A DNA stretch of 63,828 bases, the filler included, from a bacterium (GTDB lineage: Bacteria > UBP15 > UBA6099 > JAJRTR01): assembly GCA_024278215.1 (NCBI GenBank). It is 3 parts of 3 records of this genome, joined end to end, with 100 filler letters (N's around TTAATTAATTAA, not from the genome) between each part and the next. Parts side by side here need not be neighbours in the genome. Positions count along the whole stretch, not along the records: positions 1 to 19,119 come from JAJRTR010000043.1; 2 more parts are not named here. One strand, 5' to 3'. Below the pieces are notes generated by a model. It did no database searches, was not told the origin of the DNA, and saw nothing but the letters and a program-made list of their open reading frames with translations. Of the stretch, positions 1 to 10,191 are shown piece after piece. Both the position numbers and the translations under genes were made by a program. Position 1 is the first letter of the stretch; each line of letters starts with the position of its first letter.

Positions 1-240
1 ACGCAGGATGGTAAAGAAATGCTGAAAAGAGATCGGGGAAAGCTGGAGCTTCCAGTTACAGGCGTTTCCAAGGTAGACCTTGGAAACGATGAAACACTGT
101 GTGCCGTGCTCAAACCGCATTTGTTTGGGCACGAAAATGCGGCCTGTTTGGTACCGGCTTTGCCGGGTTGGGAATACCGTTATACAGAAGGTGCCGGCAA
201 TGGGATAGGCAACGGATCGGGAAAGGGAATTATTTCTTAA
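1..240 (+). CDS. Hypothetical protein, probably the 3' part of a gene starting left of the window
   Basis: Frame 1 is open from base 1 to TAA at 238-240; no recognisable motif. Confidence 0.35.
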   Translation, partial: TQDGKEMLKRDRGKLELPVTGVSKVDLGNDETLCAVLKPHLFGHENAACLVPALPGWEYRYTEGAGNGIGNGSGKGIIS

Positions 241-257
241 TATAATCGGAGGATGTT

Positions 258-773
258 ATGGAAGAACGAACAGGACTGGTGACATTGCAGGGGAATCCGG
301 TGACACTCGTCGGGCCGGAGATAAAGATCGGCGACGCGGCCCCGGACGCGACTCTTACGGCCAACGATATGACACCCGTACGCATATCGTCATTCAAGGG
401 CAGGGTGACGATCATATCGGTCGTGCCTTCGCTGGACACCCCGGTTTGCGACACACAGACGCGCAGATTCAATCAGGAGGCCGCGGCGCTTGGTGATGAT
501 GTTGTGATTCTGACAATAAGTGTGGACCTTCCGTTCGCGCAGGCGAGATGGTGCGGCGCGGCGGGAGTTGATGCTGTGCAGACCCTCTCGGACCATCGCG
601 ACGTGTCTTTCGGCAAGGCGTATGGCGTACTGATAAAAGACCTGCGGCTGCTTGCGCGCGCGGTGTTTGTAGTGGACAGAGACGGTATTATACAACATGT
701 GCAGCTTATCAGTGAAATAGCTGAAGAGCCGGACTATGCAGCGGTCCTCGATGCGGCGGAAAAATTGATATGA
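258..773 (+). CDS. tpx: Thiol peroxidase (Tpx, atypical 2-Cys peroxiredoxin)
   Basis: VPSLDTPVC peroxidatic motif, SVDLPFAQARWC resolving Cys, LARAVFV; GGAGG RBS. Confidence 0.95.
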   Translation: MEERTGLVTLQGNPVTLVGPEIKIGDAAPDATLTANDMTPVRISSFKGRVTIISVVPSLDTPVCDTQTRRFNQEAAALGDDVVILTISVDLPFAQARWCGAAGVDAVQTLSDHRDVSFGKAYGVLIKDLRLLARAVFVVDRDGIIQHVQLISEIAEEPDYAAVLDAAEKLI

Positions 774-809
774 CTGTGTGTTCGGTACGATAAGGTCGGG
801 AGGCATATT

Positions 810-971
810 ATGAGCGACGATCAGAAATGGAAATGTTCGAATTGTGGATATACGGTACAGCAGAAAATACCACCGGACAAATGCCCTTCATGTAGTAAGA
901 GTTGCGGCTTCATAGATATATCATGCTACATTCCGGACTGTAGCGACAGCAACAAAGACGACAGGTTATAG
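810..971 (+). CDS. Small rubredoxin-like protein (53 aa, not in the ORF track)
   Basis: MSDDQKWKCSNCGY...PPDKCPSC...CYIPDC...RL*; GGGAGG RBS; two CxxC knuckles. Confidence 0.85.
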   Translation: MSDDQKWKCSNCGYTVQQKIPPDKCPSCSKSCGFIDISCYIPDCSDSNKDDRL

Positions 972-1076
972 GGATAACCGGACAGTGGATCTGTGGCGAA
1001 AACGGCTTGATAATATGTGCTGATAAAAACAGAATCCTGAACAGCGGTGAAAAAAATAGTGAGGAGGCATGGCAAT

Positions 1077-1514
1077 ATGGCCAGAGCACTGGTTTTGTAC
1101 ACGACAAAAACAGGAAATACAAAGAAAATAGCGGATTTTGTAGCGGAAGGATTGAGGTTCTCGGGTGCGACGGCGGAAGTGAAAACTATTGATCAGATAG
1201 CAGACCCGGCGCAGCTCGAGGAGTATGACGCTCTGATACTGGGCTCTCCGACTTACGGTGCGCAGATGATGGGTGAGATGAAGGAGTTTCTGGAGGTGAT
1301 GTCGTCGTGCAAATTGAGCGGCAAGCCGGGTGGAGCGTTCGGAGCGTTCGGCTGGAGCGGCGAGGCGCCCGATGAGATTTACGACTACCTGAAGAAAGAA
1401 TGCGGCATGGATATGGCCGGTGACGCCCTGCGTCTCAAGGCGGCGGACATTGAAGGCGGCATGAAGATGGCGCAGGGCTATGGCCGGGAAATAGGCGACA
1501 AAATCGCAGGATAG
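1077..1514 (+). CDS. Short-chain flavodoxin
   Basis: YTTKTGNTKKIA FMN loop, LGSPTY, AFGAFGWSGEA; GAGGAGG RBS before ATG 1077. Confidence 0.92.
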   Translation: MARALVLYTTKTGNTKKIADFVAEGLRFSGATAEVKTIDQIADPAQLEEYDALILGSPTYGAQMMGEMKEFLEVMSSCKLSGKPGGAFGAFGWSGEAPDEIYDYLKKECGMDMAGDALRLKAADIEGGMKMAQGYGREIGDKIAG

Positions 1515-1529
1515 AATTGGAGAAAAATC

Positions 1530-2054
1530 ATGATTAAAGAAAAAATTCAGGAAGAACTCAACCGTCAGATAAACGAGGAGTTATATTCATATTACCTTTA
1601 TTTATCGATGTCGGCGTATTTCGAAGACATTGACCTGCCGGGTTTCGCGAAGTGGATGAACGCGCAGGCGCAGGAGGAAATGGCTCACGCGATGAAGTTC
1701 TTTCACTTCATTATCGAGCGCAGCGGTAAGGTAACGCTGCTGCCGATCAAAGGTCCTCAGACGGACTGGGAAAGTCCTCGCGATGCTTTCGAGGCGGCCT
1801 ACAAACATGAGTGTTATATCTCCGACTGCATCAACAAGCTCGTCGATCTGGCGCTGGCGGAAAGCGACCATGCGACAAATGCATTCCTGCAGTGGTTCGT
1901 CAGCGAACAGGTCGAGGAAGAAGCCACAGCCGACGCGGTTGTCAAGAAACTCCGACTTGTCGAGGGACACCCGAATGGAATGTACATGATCGACAAGGAA
2001 CTGGGCGCACGTATATTTACACCTGCCTCGGCTGCCGGTGAAGAAGGTGCGTAA
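1530..2054 (+). CDS. ftnA: Non-heme ferritin
   Basis: QINEELYSYYLYLSM, EEMAHAMK, FLQWFVSEQVEEE ferroxidase motifs. Confidence 0.95.
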   Translation: MIKEKIQEELNRQINEELYSYYLYLSMSAYFEDIDLPGFAKWMNAQAQEEMAHAMKFFHFIIERSGKVTLLPIKGPQTDWESPRDAFEAAYKHECYISDCINKLVDLALAESDHATNAFLQWFVSEQVEEEATADAVVKKLRLVEGHPNGMYMIDKELGARIFTPASAAGEEGA

Positions 2055-2272
2055 ACCGGATTACTTCGCGGGAAATCCGGGAAAGCTTATTAACACTCAT
2101 CCTGCTGTGTTGCGACGGCGTGTACGGAAACGATCACATATATGAAGTTCCATCAACGCACATTCGCCGCGACTTGTATTGCAGTCATTTTATGATATTT
2201 CACCCGAATTGAAGTGAGGTATCTGGTATGGTAACCACAAGTACTTGCAGCTAATGGCAAAAGGAGGCCAAA

Positions 2273-4264
2273 ATGGCAAAAGAAAAAAAGATTGTCGATG
2301 TGAACGACCTGACGATATGCGAAGCGACCGCACAAATGATAACAAAATCAAGGGAAGACGGTGTCGAGACGGCCTTCGACAGGGCGCAGAACATGAAACC
2401 GTGTCCGATAGGCGCGGACTCGGCCTGTTGCAAGCACTGTTTCATGGGGCCATGCAGGCTTTCGGCTAAAGACCCTTATGGAAAAGTGGGTGTATGCGGA
2501 GCGACTATCGATACGATTATGGCCCGCAATTTTGCCCGCATGGTGGCGGCCGGAACAGCAGCGCATACCGACCACGGTATGCACATGCTCGATGTTTTCA
2601 GGGGTGTCGTCAACGGGGAAATTTCCGATTACGGCATAAAAGATGAAAAGAAGCTTGTCGCCGTCGCCGCCTCTATCGGCATCGAAACCGACGGTCGCGA
2701 GATCATGGATATCGCTAAAGACCTTTATGTGGAACTAGAACGGACTTATACACAGGTTGAGGGCGAGATACCTTTCGCAAAACGAGTACCCGTGAAGACG
2801 CTCGAGATGTGGCGTAAGAATGATATCGTGCCGCGCGGCGCAATGCGTGAGATAATGGACATCATGCACCGCTCGACTATGGGAGTCGATCAGGATTACG
2901 GGAATATCATGAAACAATGCAGCAGAACAGCGCTCTCCGACGGATGGGGCGGTTCTATGGTGGCGACGGAACTTTCAGATATCATATTCGGAACACCGAA
3001 GCCGGTTGTCGCCGATGTGAATATGGGCTGCCTTGACGAGAAACAGGTCAACATCATCATACACGGACATGAGCCGAACCTTTTTGAATCAATTTTCGCG
3101 TCGGTAAGTGACGCGGCACTTGTAGAAAAGGCGAAAGCGCTTGGGGCGGAGGGCATAAATCTTGTGGGCATGTGTTGCTCGGGGGCGGAGATGCTCATAC
3201 GTCACGGAGTGCCCCACGCAGGTAACTTCATGTCGACGGAAACTGTTCTTGTGACGGGTGCCGTGGATGCTATGGCCGTCGATGTGCAGTGCATCAAACA
3301 GGGGCTCGCAAAAGTGGCCGACTGCTACGACACAAGGCTTTTCACCACAAACCCAAAGGGACGCATCGAGGGGGTCGAGCATATAGAATTCGACGACCAC
3401 AATCCGAAGGAATGTACCGACAGGATAGTGGAATTGGCGATCGAGCGTTACGGCAGAAGGAGTAAACCTGTCGAGATCCCCAATATTGTAAACAGAGGTG
3501 TTCACGGTTTTTCACATGAGTATATCAATTACATGCTCGGCGGTACATTCAGAGCTGCATACACGCCGCTTAACGACAACATAATAAACGGCAGGATACG
3601 TGGCGTGGCGGGTGTCGTGGGATGCACAACTGCAAGGTCGAAACAGGACTTTTCGCATGTCGAACTTGTCAAAGAGCTTATTAAAAACGATGTGCTTGTC
3701 CTTCAGACAGGCTGCTCGCAAATAGCGCTTGCGAAGGCCGAATTATGCACGCCCGAGGCGGCTCGTTTCGCTGGAGCGGGCCTGGCTGAAGTGTGCGAGA
3801 CTGTGGGTATGCCTCCAGTGCTTGGCATGGGCTCCTGTGTGGACAACAGCAGGATACTGATTGCCGCGTCGGAAATGGTGCGCGAAGGCGGCCTCGGAGA
3901 AAGCATTGCCGACCTGCCCGCGGCGGGCTGCGCACCCGAGTGGATGAGCGAAAAAGCAATCGCCATCGGTCAATATTTCGTCGCGTCTGGGGTTTACACG
4001 GTGTTCGGCGGTACTTTCCCGATTGTCGAGGATACGAAGTTTTTCAAACTTCTTTTCGGCGGACTCGAAGAGCAGGGGCTCGGCAAATGGGGTTTCGCGC
4101 CTGATCCCATAGAAATGGCCCGGCTTATGATCGAACACATAGATAAAAAGAGAAAAGCGCTCGGCATCGACAAACAGCGCGAGCGTATCCTCGTAGGCAT
4201 GGAAGAAAGGCGCGACATGAGTAATAACCCTGTCACGAAAGGATGTAAAGGCCCGATGCATTAG
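2273..4264 (+). CDS. cooS: Anaerobic Ni,Fe carbon monoxide dehydrogenase catalytic subunit
   Basis: C-x7-CCxxCxxGPC D/B-cluster motif; AAHTDH; C-cluster ligand motifs HGH, GMCC, DVQC, VVGC, TGC, GSCVDN; EKA Lys. Confidence 0.96.
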   Translation: MAKEKKIVDVNDLTICEATAQMITKSREDGVETAFDRAQNMKPCPIGADSACCKHCFMGPCRLSAKDPYGKVGVCGATIDTIMARNFARMVAAGTAAHTDHGMHMLDVFRGVVNGEISDYGIKDEKKLVAVAASIGIETDGREIMDIAKDLYVELERTYTQVEGEIPFAKRVPVKTLEMWRKNDIVPRGAMREIMDIMHRSTMGVDQDYGNIMKQCSRTALSDGWGGSMVATELSDIIFGTPKPVVADVNMGCLDEKQVNIIIHGHEPNLFESIFASVSDAALVEKAKALGAEGINLVGMCCSGAEMLIRHGVPHAGNFMSTETVLVTGAVDAMAVDVQCIKQGLAKVADCYDTRLFTTNPKGRIEGVEHIEFDDHNPKECTDRIVELAIERYGRRSKPVEIPNIVNRGVHGFSHEYINYMLGGTFRAAYTPLNDNIINGRIRGVAGVVGCTTARSKQDFSHVELVKELIKNDVLVLQTGCSQIALAKAELCTPEAARFAGAGLAEVCETVGMPPVLGMGSCVDNSRILIAASEMVREGGLGESIADLPAAGCAPEWMSEKAIAIGQYFVASGVYTVFGGTFPIVEDTKFFKLLFGGLEEQGLGKWGFAPDPIEMARLMIEHIDKKRKALGIDKQRERILVGMEERRDMSNNPVTKGCKGPMH

Positions 4265-4303
4265 AAATCAGGCTGAATACTTTATATAAGGAGAAGATGT
4301 AAA

Positions 4304-4795
4304 ATGAGTAAGACAAAAGAGAATCTGATGGCGGCTTTCCAGGGTGAATCAATGGCAAACAGAAAGTATCTCGCTTTCGCGCAGAAGGCGGACGAGGAAG
4401 GCTATCCGGAGATAGCGAAGCTGTTCAGGACACACGCCGAGCATGAGACCCAGCATGCGCTGGCACATGCGCGGAGGCTCGGACTGATCAAGTCGACTGC
4501 GGAAAATCTCGAGACCGCGATAGCAGGCGAGACGGACGAATCAAAAGAAATGTATCCTCAATTCGCTAAAGAAGCTCGTGAGGAAGGCGACGAGGAAACA
4601 GCGAAGTATTTCGAGGCGCTCGCGGAGGCCGAAGACAATCATGCTCATGAGTATTATGTTGCCCTCAAGAAACTTGAAGGCAAGCAGCTCAAGTGGAAAT
4701 GCGCTGTCTGCGGCTACATACACACAGGCGAGAATCCGCCCGACCGCTGCCCGCGTTGCGGCGCAGGCAAGGAAGCTTTCCATATCGTCGAATAA
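4304..4795 (+). CDS. rbr: Rubrerythrin
   Basis: [22 protein letters not shown] diiron motifs; C-terminal WKCAVCGY...CPRCG rubredoxin domain. Confidence 0.94.
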   Translation: MSKTKENLMAAFQGESMANRKYLAFAQKADEEGYPEIAKLFRTHAEHETQHALAHARRLGLIKSTAENLETAIAGETDESKEMYPQFAKEAREEGDEETAKYFEALAEAEDNHAHEYYVALKKLEGKQLKWKCAVCGYIHTGENPPDRCPRCGAGKEAFHIVE

Positions 4796-5071
4796 ACGAT
4801 TTTGCAGAGTTTCCACCGCAGAATCTGTTGGCCGGAAATTAAGGTTGTTATAAAAAGTGCCATGTAGAAAGGACTTTTTTACTACAAATGACTCGGATTT
4901 TTTCATAGTCATTTCTACAGAAGAGTTTTACACAAGTCCACCTTCCGGCAATCCTTTAAAATTGCCGGGAAAAGGTGGGCCTTGTGCTAAACTCGGCTCG
5001 AAACAAAATTCACAGATTCTGCGATAGCGCCTTTAAAGATAGTAAACGATGTTCCGACAGGAGTTAAAGGT

Positions 5072-6619
5072 ATGATAGAAGCCATAAACCCGGCTACGCT
5101 GGAAGTTAATGCTGAGATTGAAGAAACTCCGGTCGAAGACGTCGGCACTGTGTTTGAAACTGCGCGCGGTGCGCAGCGCGAGTGGGCCGCCCTCGGCACG
5201 GCCGCTCGCGCAAAACACCTTATCCGCGTCAAAGAACACATACTGGACCGGATAGATGACATCGCGGAAACTATCACCATAGACAACGGCAAGACGCTGC
5301 TCGAATCCGTAAACTCGGAGATATATCCCGTTCTGGACATGCTGACTTTCTGCGCGAGGGAGGCACCCGGATACCTGAAAAAAGAATCTCTTAAAAATCC
5401 GATCTTCCCCATCGCGAGAATCGAGAGCAGCAACATCTTCGAGCCCCTGGGCGTGATAGGAATTATCTCGCCTTGGAACTTTCCGTTCGCTATTCCCATG
5501 ACGCAGATCGCAATGGCGCTGATTACGGGAAACGCGGTGGTTCTGAAACCCGCCGAGCTTACCGCGCTGACCGGTGAACTCATCGGCGGCATTTTCAAGG
5601 ACAGCGGACTGCACGACGGCGTTGTAACCGTAGTGCAGGGCGAGGGAGCGGTGATAGGCGGGGCGATGATGGACGCACGCCCCGACCGCGTCGTTTTCAC
5701 GGGCAGTGTGCCGGTCGGGAAGCATCTCATGAAAAGAGCGGCGGAAACCCTTATCCCGATCACGCTCGAACTGGGCGGAAAAGACCCTTTCATCGTTCTG
5801 AAAGATGCCGATGTCGAGCGTGCTTCGAGCGCGGCCGTATGGGGCGCTTTCATAAATGCCGGGCAGGTGTGCGCGTCCGTCGAGCGCGTGTATGTACACC
5901 GGAGTATCGCCGACGAATTCATCGCGAAAGTTGTGGGGAAGACAAAAAAGATTCGTGTGGGCAACGGCCTTGATCATAAAGTTGACATGGGGCCGATGAT
6001 CTCCATGAAACGAATCGAGGCGGTCGAGCAGCATGTGACGGATGCAGTGGCAAAAGGAGCGGAAGTCGCCGCGGGCGGCAAACGTATCGGTAGTATGCCC
6101 GGCTACTTCTTCGAGCCCACCGTCCTGACCGGAGTGGACCACACGATGGATTGCATGAGCGAGGAGACATTCGGTCCCACTCTGCCGATCATGGTTTTTT
6201 CGGATGTCGACGAGGCGGTCGCTCTGGCGAACGACAGCAGGTACGGCCTCACCGTCGCCGTATGGTCCAGGGATACGGCGAAGGCGGAGAAGGTCTGCCG
6301 CCGCATCGAGACAGGAACGGTCGTTGTGAATAACTGTCTCCTGACCTACGGTTTCTCGCAGTGCCCATGGGGTGGCGTTAAGGACAGCGGCATAGGACGC
6401 ACTCATTCCGTTCACGGACTCTATGAGTTCACAAACATAAAAAATATCACAATCAGCAAAAGCCTGCTCAGGGAAGACCTGTGGTGGCATCCGTACAGCG
6501 AAGCGAAATACAGGGGTATGAAAGCCGTGATTAAAACGCTTTTCTGCGAAGGCGTCGTCTGCAAGGGCGAGGGAATCGTTGATATACTGAAATCTTTCAA
6601 GTTGCCGGGCAGAAAATAA
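5072..6619 (+). CDS. NAD(P)-dependent aldehyde dehydrogenase
   Basis: PWNFP, FTGS, LELGGKD, GQVC catalytic Cys, EETFGP, PWGGVKDSG. Confidence 0.95.
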   Translation: MIEAINPATLEVNAEIEETPVEDVGTVFETARGAQREWAALGTAARAKHLIRVKEHILDRIDDIAETITIDNGKTLLESVNSEIYPVLDMLTFCAREAPGYLKKESLKNPIFPIARIESSNIFEPLGVIGIISPWNFPFAIPMTQIAMALITGNAVVLKPAELTALTGELIGGIFKDSGLHDGVVTVVQGEGAVIGGAMMDARPDRVVFTGSVPVGKHLMKRAAETLIPITLELGGKDPFIVLKDADVERASSAAVWGAFINAGQVCASVERVYVHRSIADEFIAKVVGKTKKIRVGNGLDHKVDMGPMISMKRIEAVEQHVTDAVAKGAEVAAGGKRIGSMPGYFFEPTVLTGVDHTMDCMSEETFGPTLPIMVFSDVDEAVALANDSRYGLTVAVWSRDTAKAEKVCRRIETGTVVVNNCLLTYGFSQCPWGGVKDSGIGRTHSVHGLYEFTNIKNITISKSLLREDLWWHPYSEAKYRGMKAVIKTLFCEGVVCKGEGIVDILKSFKLPGRK

Positions 6620-6660
6620 GCCGTGCGGGTAAAATATTCGGCGGGACCGCGAAACCGATC

Positions 6661-7902
6661 TCAAGGGGCGTAACTATTGCGGATTGCGGTCATTAATTTG
6701 AGTATTATTATTGCGGAAATAATCAGTAACAGGCCCGCGACACCCCTGATGTAGCCGCTTTTGAAGTATATGCCGATGCACATAATGATGATTCCAAGGT
6801 GCATGAGAACATAGTGGATATTGCTTATCGCGCTATGCTCGAAACGGCCCGAAGTCCACATCAGATATATGAGAGCGCCGGTGATACCCATGCCCGCCCA
6901 GCCGAGCAGCGCGAGATGAATATGGCCCTGGATAAGAAAATAAAACATTGCCGATTTATTGTCGAATCCGTACCCGAGCGCGAGTCCGGCGAGCCCGGCG
7001 AGTGACAGATAAAATATCGCGCTTGCAAAATATCGCCATATATAATCAGGAAGCGCCTCCAACGTCTTTTTCCTGTCCTTTATCACTCCGGCGGCGAACA
7101 CTACGATGCTCATGACGAGCACGAATGAAAACAGGAATTGAAGTGTCGCGAAAATATGGTGAAATTTTGTGCTGTCGAAAAGAATCGCGCCAAAGAGCGC
7201 GAAAACGCCTGATACCAGTATCGCGTACTGGGCCTCCCACAGCGCTTTGCTCCTGATGCGGCCTGCCTCGTACTCTTTGAAATAGGGTATGTAAAGCGTT
7301 CCCATAATTGTTAGTGAGATCGGGAACGAAAACGCGAGATAATTGGTTTTTAGTGATATAGCCTCTGCAAACGGCAGTATCGGTTTGATCGTGTTGATAG
7401 TGACATGAATCAATTGGCCGTAGGCGAGAAAACACATAAACAGCGAGGTGGCGAGAAAGCGAAGAGGAATATTTGAAAGCAGTTTTGTCGCCGTCACGCC
7501 GGCATAAATGTTGTACGCGAATAGCGCGAGGCATATCAGTATGACGAAACCGAAGATAATGCCGATGTAGTAGAAAACGCAGTTGCCGGTGAGACCTTCG
7601 AGAAGATACGAAAGCCATATCGACCAGAGTGAAATGTTGAAACTCCTGAACAGCAGAGAATCAGCGTGGGCGGGGATTCCGGGGCTCTTGAGAAGCAGGT
7701 GCACAAACGCTTTCTGCTGCCCGAGTATCATCAGTGTGCCGAAACCCATGAAAGCGATGTATGCGTGGAAGATGAACGGACCTTCGGCCTGGAGTCCGCT
7801 CGAGGCACGGTCGCTTATGGAAATGCCGGCAAGCGCGGCGGTCATAAAATATATGATCGCAACTCTATGGTATGCGGAAATTTCGATCTCCGTTTTTTTC
7901 AA
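6661..7902 (-). CDS. Multi-pass membrane protein with His-containing helices (heme-copper oxidase subunit I/NnrS-like repeats)
   Basis: About 12 hydrophobic segments; FHAYIAFMGF and GHIHLALLGW motifs; TTG start with GAGG RBS. Confidence 0.6.
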   Translation of the reverse strand: MKKTEIEISAYHRVAIIYFMTAALAGISISDRASSGLQAEGPFIFHAYIAFMGFGTLMILGQQKAFVHLLLKSPGIPAHADSLLFRSFNISLWSIWLSYLLEGLTGNCVFYYIGIIFGFVILICLALFAYNIYAGVTATKLLSNIPLRFLATSLFMCFLAYGQLIHVTINTIKPILPFAEAISLKTNYLAFSFPISLTIMGTLYIPYFKEYEAGRIRSKALWEAQYAILVSGVFALFGAILFDSTKFHHIFATLQFLFSFVLVMSIVVFAAGVIKDRKKTLEALPDYIWRYFASAIFYLSLAGLAGLALGYGFDNKSAMFYFLIQGHIHLALLGWAGMGITGALIYLMWTSGRFEHSAISNIHYVLMHLGIIIMCIGIYFKSGYIRGVAGLLLIISAIIILKLMTAIRNSYAP

Positions 7903-7987
7903 TACTTTATCCTCTTCGACATTTGTTGTATTTTATAACGTGCAGGATAAATTTACGATTTTATTTTAAAGAATGGAGAAAATGAAC

Positions 7988-9181
7988 ATGAATGCTTTAG
8001 AAGTTACAAACGGAATCTACTGGGTCGGTGCAATCGACTGGAATATTCGCGATTTCCACGGCTATTCCACCGAAAAGGGAACCACTTACAATGCTTACCT
8101 TGCACTAGATGAAAAAACAGTTCTTTTCGACACTGTCAGGCATGGCTTCTACAGGGACCTGCTTCATAATATCAAGCGAGTGACAAATCCTGAAAAGATT
8201 GATTACATTGTTGTCAATCATGTCGAACTGGACCACACGGGTTCTCTGCCTAAAGTGATCGAACTCGTAAAACCGGAGAAGATTTTCTGCTCGAAAATGG
8301 GGAAGCGGAACCTGCTCGACCACTTTCACAGGGAAGACTGGCCGCTGGAGGTCGTCAAGAGCGGCGACGAGATCAGCATAGGCAAGAAGACAATCACCTT
8401 TCTCGAAACCAAAATGCTCCACTGGCCCGACAGCATGTTTTCCTATATTAAAGAAGACAGGTTCCTTATATCGAGCGACGCGTTCGGACAGCACTGGGCA
8501 ACTTCCGAGCGTTTCGCCGATGAGGTGGACGACCCGGAACTGTTCCGGCACGCCGCGAAGTATTACGCTAATATCCTCAACCACTTTTCGGACAGGGTGC
8601 AGAAGCTGATCGAGACCGTAACGGAGATGGGGCTCGAATTCGACATGATCGCTCCCGACCACGGCCTTATATGGCGCAGGAATCCGGCGCGCGTCATCGA
8701 AGCCTACGACAAATGGAGCAAGCAGGAGCCGGGCAAGAAGGCGCTCATAATCTACGACACGATGTGGCACAGCACGGAACACATGGCAAAAGCAGTGTGC
8801 AGCGGCCTGATGCAGGAGGGCATCCCGGTGAATATTCTGAATCTCCATCACACGCACCGCTCGGACATCATGACGGAAGTGCTCGACGCGAAAGCGCTTA
8901 TCTTCGGGTCGCCCACTCTCAACAACGGCATGTTGCCGTCTATGGCTGACATCCTGACATATATCGGCGGCCTTAGACCCGCGAACAGGATAGGGGCCGC
9001 GTTCGGTTCCTATGGCTGGAGCGGCGAGGCGGTGAAAAAAATAAACGCGATGCTCGAAGAAATGAAGCTCGAAGTCGTATCGCCGGGCGTAAGAGCGAAA
9101 TATGTGCCGGGACATGACGAACTGCGTCCCTGCGTGGAACTCGGCAGGCAGATAGGCGCGGCGATAAATGCGGCTGTGTAG
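7988..9181 (+). CDS. fprA: Flavodiiron protein (FprA/Roo; O2/NO reductase)
   Basis: GTTYNAYL, HVELDH, LHWPDSM, SSDAFGQH, PDHG; C-terminal flavodoxin domain; start could also be 7973 or 7982. Confidence 0.95.
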   Translation: MNALEVTNGIYWVGAIDWNIRDFHGYSTEKGTTYNAYLALDEKTVLFDTVRHGFYRDLLHNIKRVTNPEKIDYIVVNHVELDHTGSLPKVIELVKPEKIFCSKMGKRNLLDHFHREDWPLEVVKSGDEISIGKKTITFLETKMLHWPDSMFSYIKEDRFLISSDAFGQHWATSERFADEVDDPELFRHAAKYYANILNHFSDRVQKLIETVTEMGLEFDMIAPDHGLIWRRNPARVIEAYDKWSKQEPGKKALIIYDTMWHSTEHMAKAVCSGLMQEGIPVNILNLHHTHRSDIMTEVLDAKALIFGSPTLNNGMLPSMADILTYIGGLRPANRIGAAFGSYGWSGEAVKKINAMLEEMKLEVVSPGVRAKYVPGHDELRPCVELGRQIGAAINAAV

Positions 9182-9189
9182 GCGCGGTA

Positions 9190-9216
9190 TGCCGACCGGC
9201 AATAGACAGGTCGGCA
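9190..9216 (+). terminator. Hairpin after fprA, possible terminator
   Basis: TGCCGACC...GGTCGGCA inverted repeat just after the stop; no clear U tract. Confidence 0.35.
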
Positions 9217-9469
9217 ATATGCTGAACCGATTGCAATATTCTGATTCTGCTGAAAACTGAAAGAATTTTTAAACGCCGTGATGCAAAAAGAAACCTGATT
9301 AACACTAATCTTCAGATAGTCAAAAGCGAGAAGAGGGACGCATACGCAATGAATTCGGCAGAAGATGTAGACAAGGGCGGGGTACGGTGAGCCCGCCCTT
9401 CACAAAACCGGATGGTTGTTTTTTTAAAAATCACCACTACCAGAATTTCAGGGGTAATCAGGAAAAGAA

Positions 9470-10147
9470 ATGAAAAAGAGAGTTGCAGAGCTTATGCGGT
9501 CGGGTACGCTCGGTTCGATGCTGTGTGAGTTCGAGTCACACCCGGCACGCAAAGTAATCAACGCTCTGTATCCACACTTATGCAGCGGCAATGATGGGAT
9601 AAGATGGGCGGCGATAAAAGCTATGGGTGTCTCGATAGCACGTCTTGCCGCGGAGAACGAGGAGTCCGCGAGGATAATTATGCGGCGGTTTATTTGGAAC
9701 CTGAACGAGGAGTCGGGAGGCGCGGCCTGGGGTGCGCCGGAGTCGATGGCCGAGGCGATGGCGCTTCATGAGGGGTTGGCGGAGAAGTTTGCGCATGTTC
9801 TGGTTTCCTTCATCATGCCCGATGGGCTGTATCTCGATTTTGAACCACTGCTGCGAGGCGCCGTGTGGGGCATAGGAAGGCTGGCGGAGAAAGAGCCCGA
9901 CCGGGTCGGTGATGCTGTGGAATATCTCATACCGTTCCTTTCCGCAGCCGACGCCGGGCTCCGGGGCATGTCGGCGCGTGCGCTTGGCCTGCTGAATGCA
10001 CGCGGCGCTGTGCGCGAACTGGAAGGACTGGCGGGCGACAAGTCGGAAACGACCTTTTTTCTTGGTCGTGAACTTGTGACAAAAGAAGTGGGCGAACTGG
10101 CCTCGGAAGCGCTGTCCGCTATCGGCAGCCGACGTGAAGGACAGTAA
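9470..10147 (+). CDS. HEAT-repeat protein (DVU0298-like family)
   Basis: RRFIWNLNEESGGAAWGAPESMAE signature; LRGAVWGIGRL helical repeats. Confidence 0.8.
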   Translation: MKKRVAELMRSGTLGSMLCEFESHPARKVINALYPHLCSGNDGIRWAAIKAMGVSIARLAAENEESARIIMRRFIWNLNEESGGAAWGAPESMAEAMALHEGLAEKFAHVLVSFIMPDGLYLDFEPLLRGAVWGIGRLAEKEPDRVGDAVEYLIPFLSAADAGLRGMSARALGLLNARGAVRELEGLAGDKSETTFFLGRELVTKEVGELASEALSAIGSRREGQ

Positions 10148-10191
10148 CACTTTGACATAAATCAGGAGTAGAAAAAGGGGGAATAAAAATT

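Noticed and set aside
5033-6664. 543-aa minus-strand ORF (also 8105-9217, 32931-34166, 38224-39318)
   Set aside because: Antisense shadows of well-supported genes; no motifs
10152-10165. FNR-like box TTGAC-ATAA-ATCAG before cydA
   Set aside because: Two mismatches and a single occurrence; could equally be a -35 element or chance
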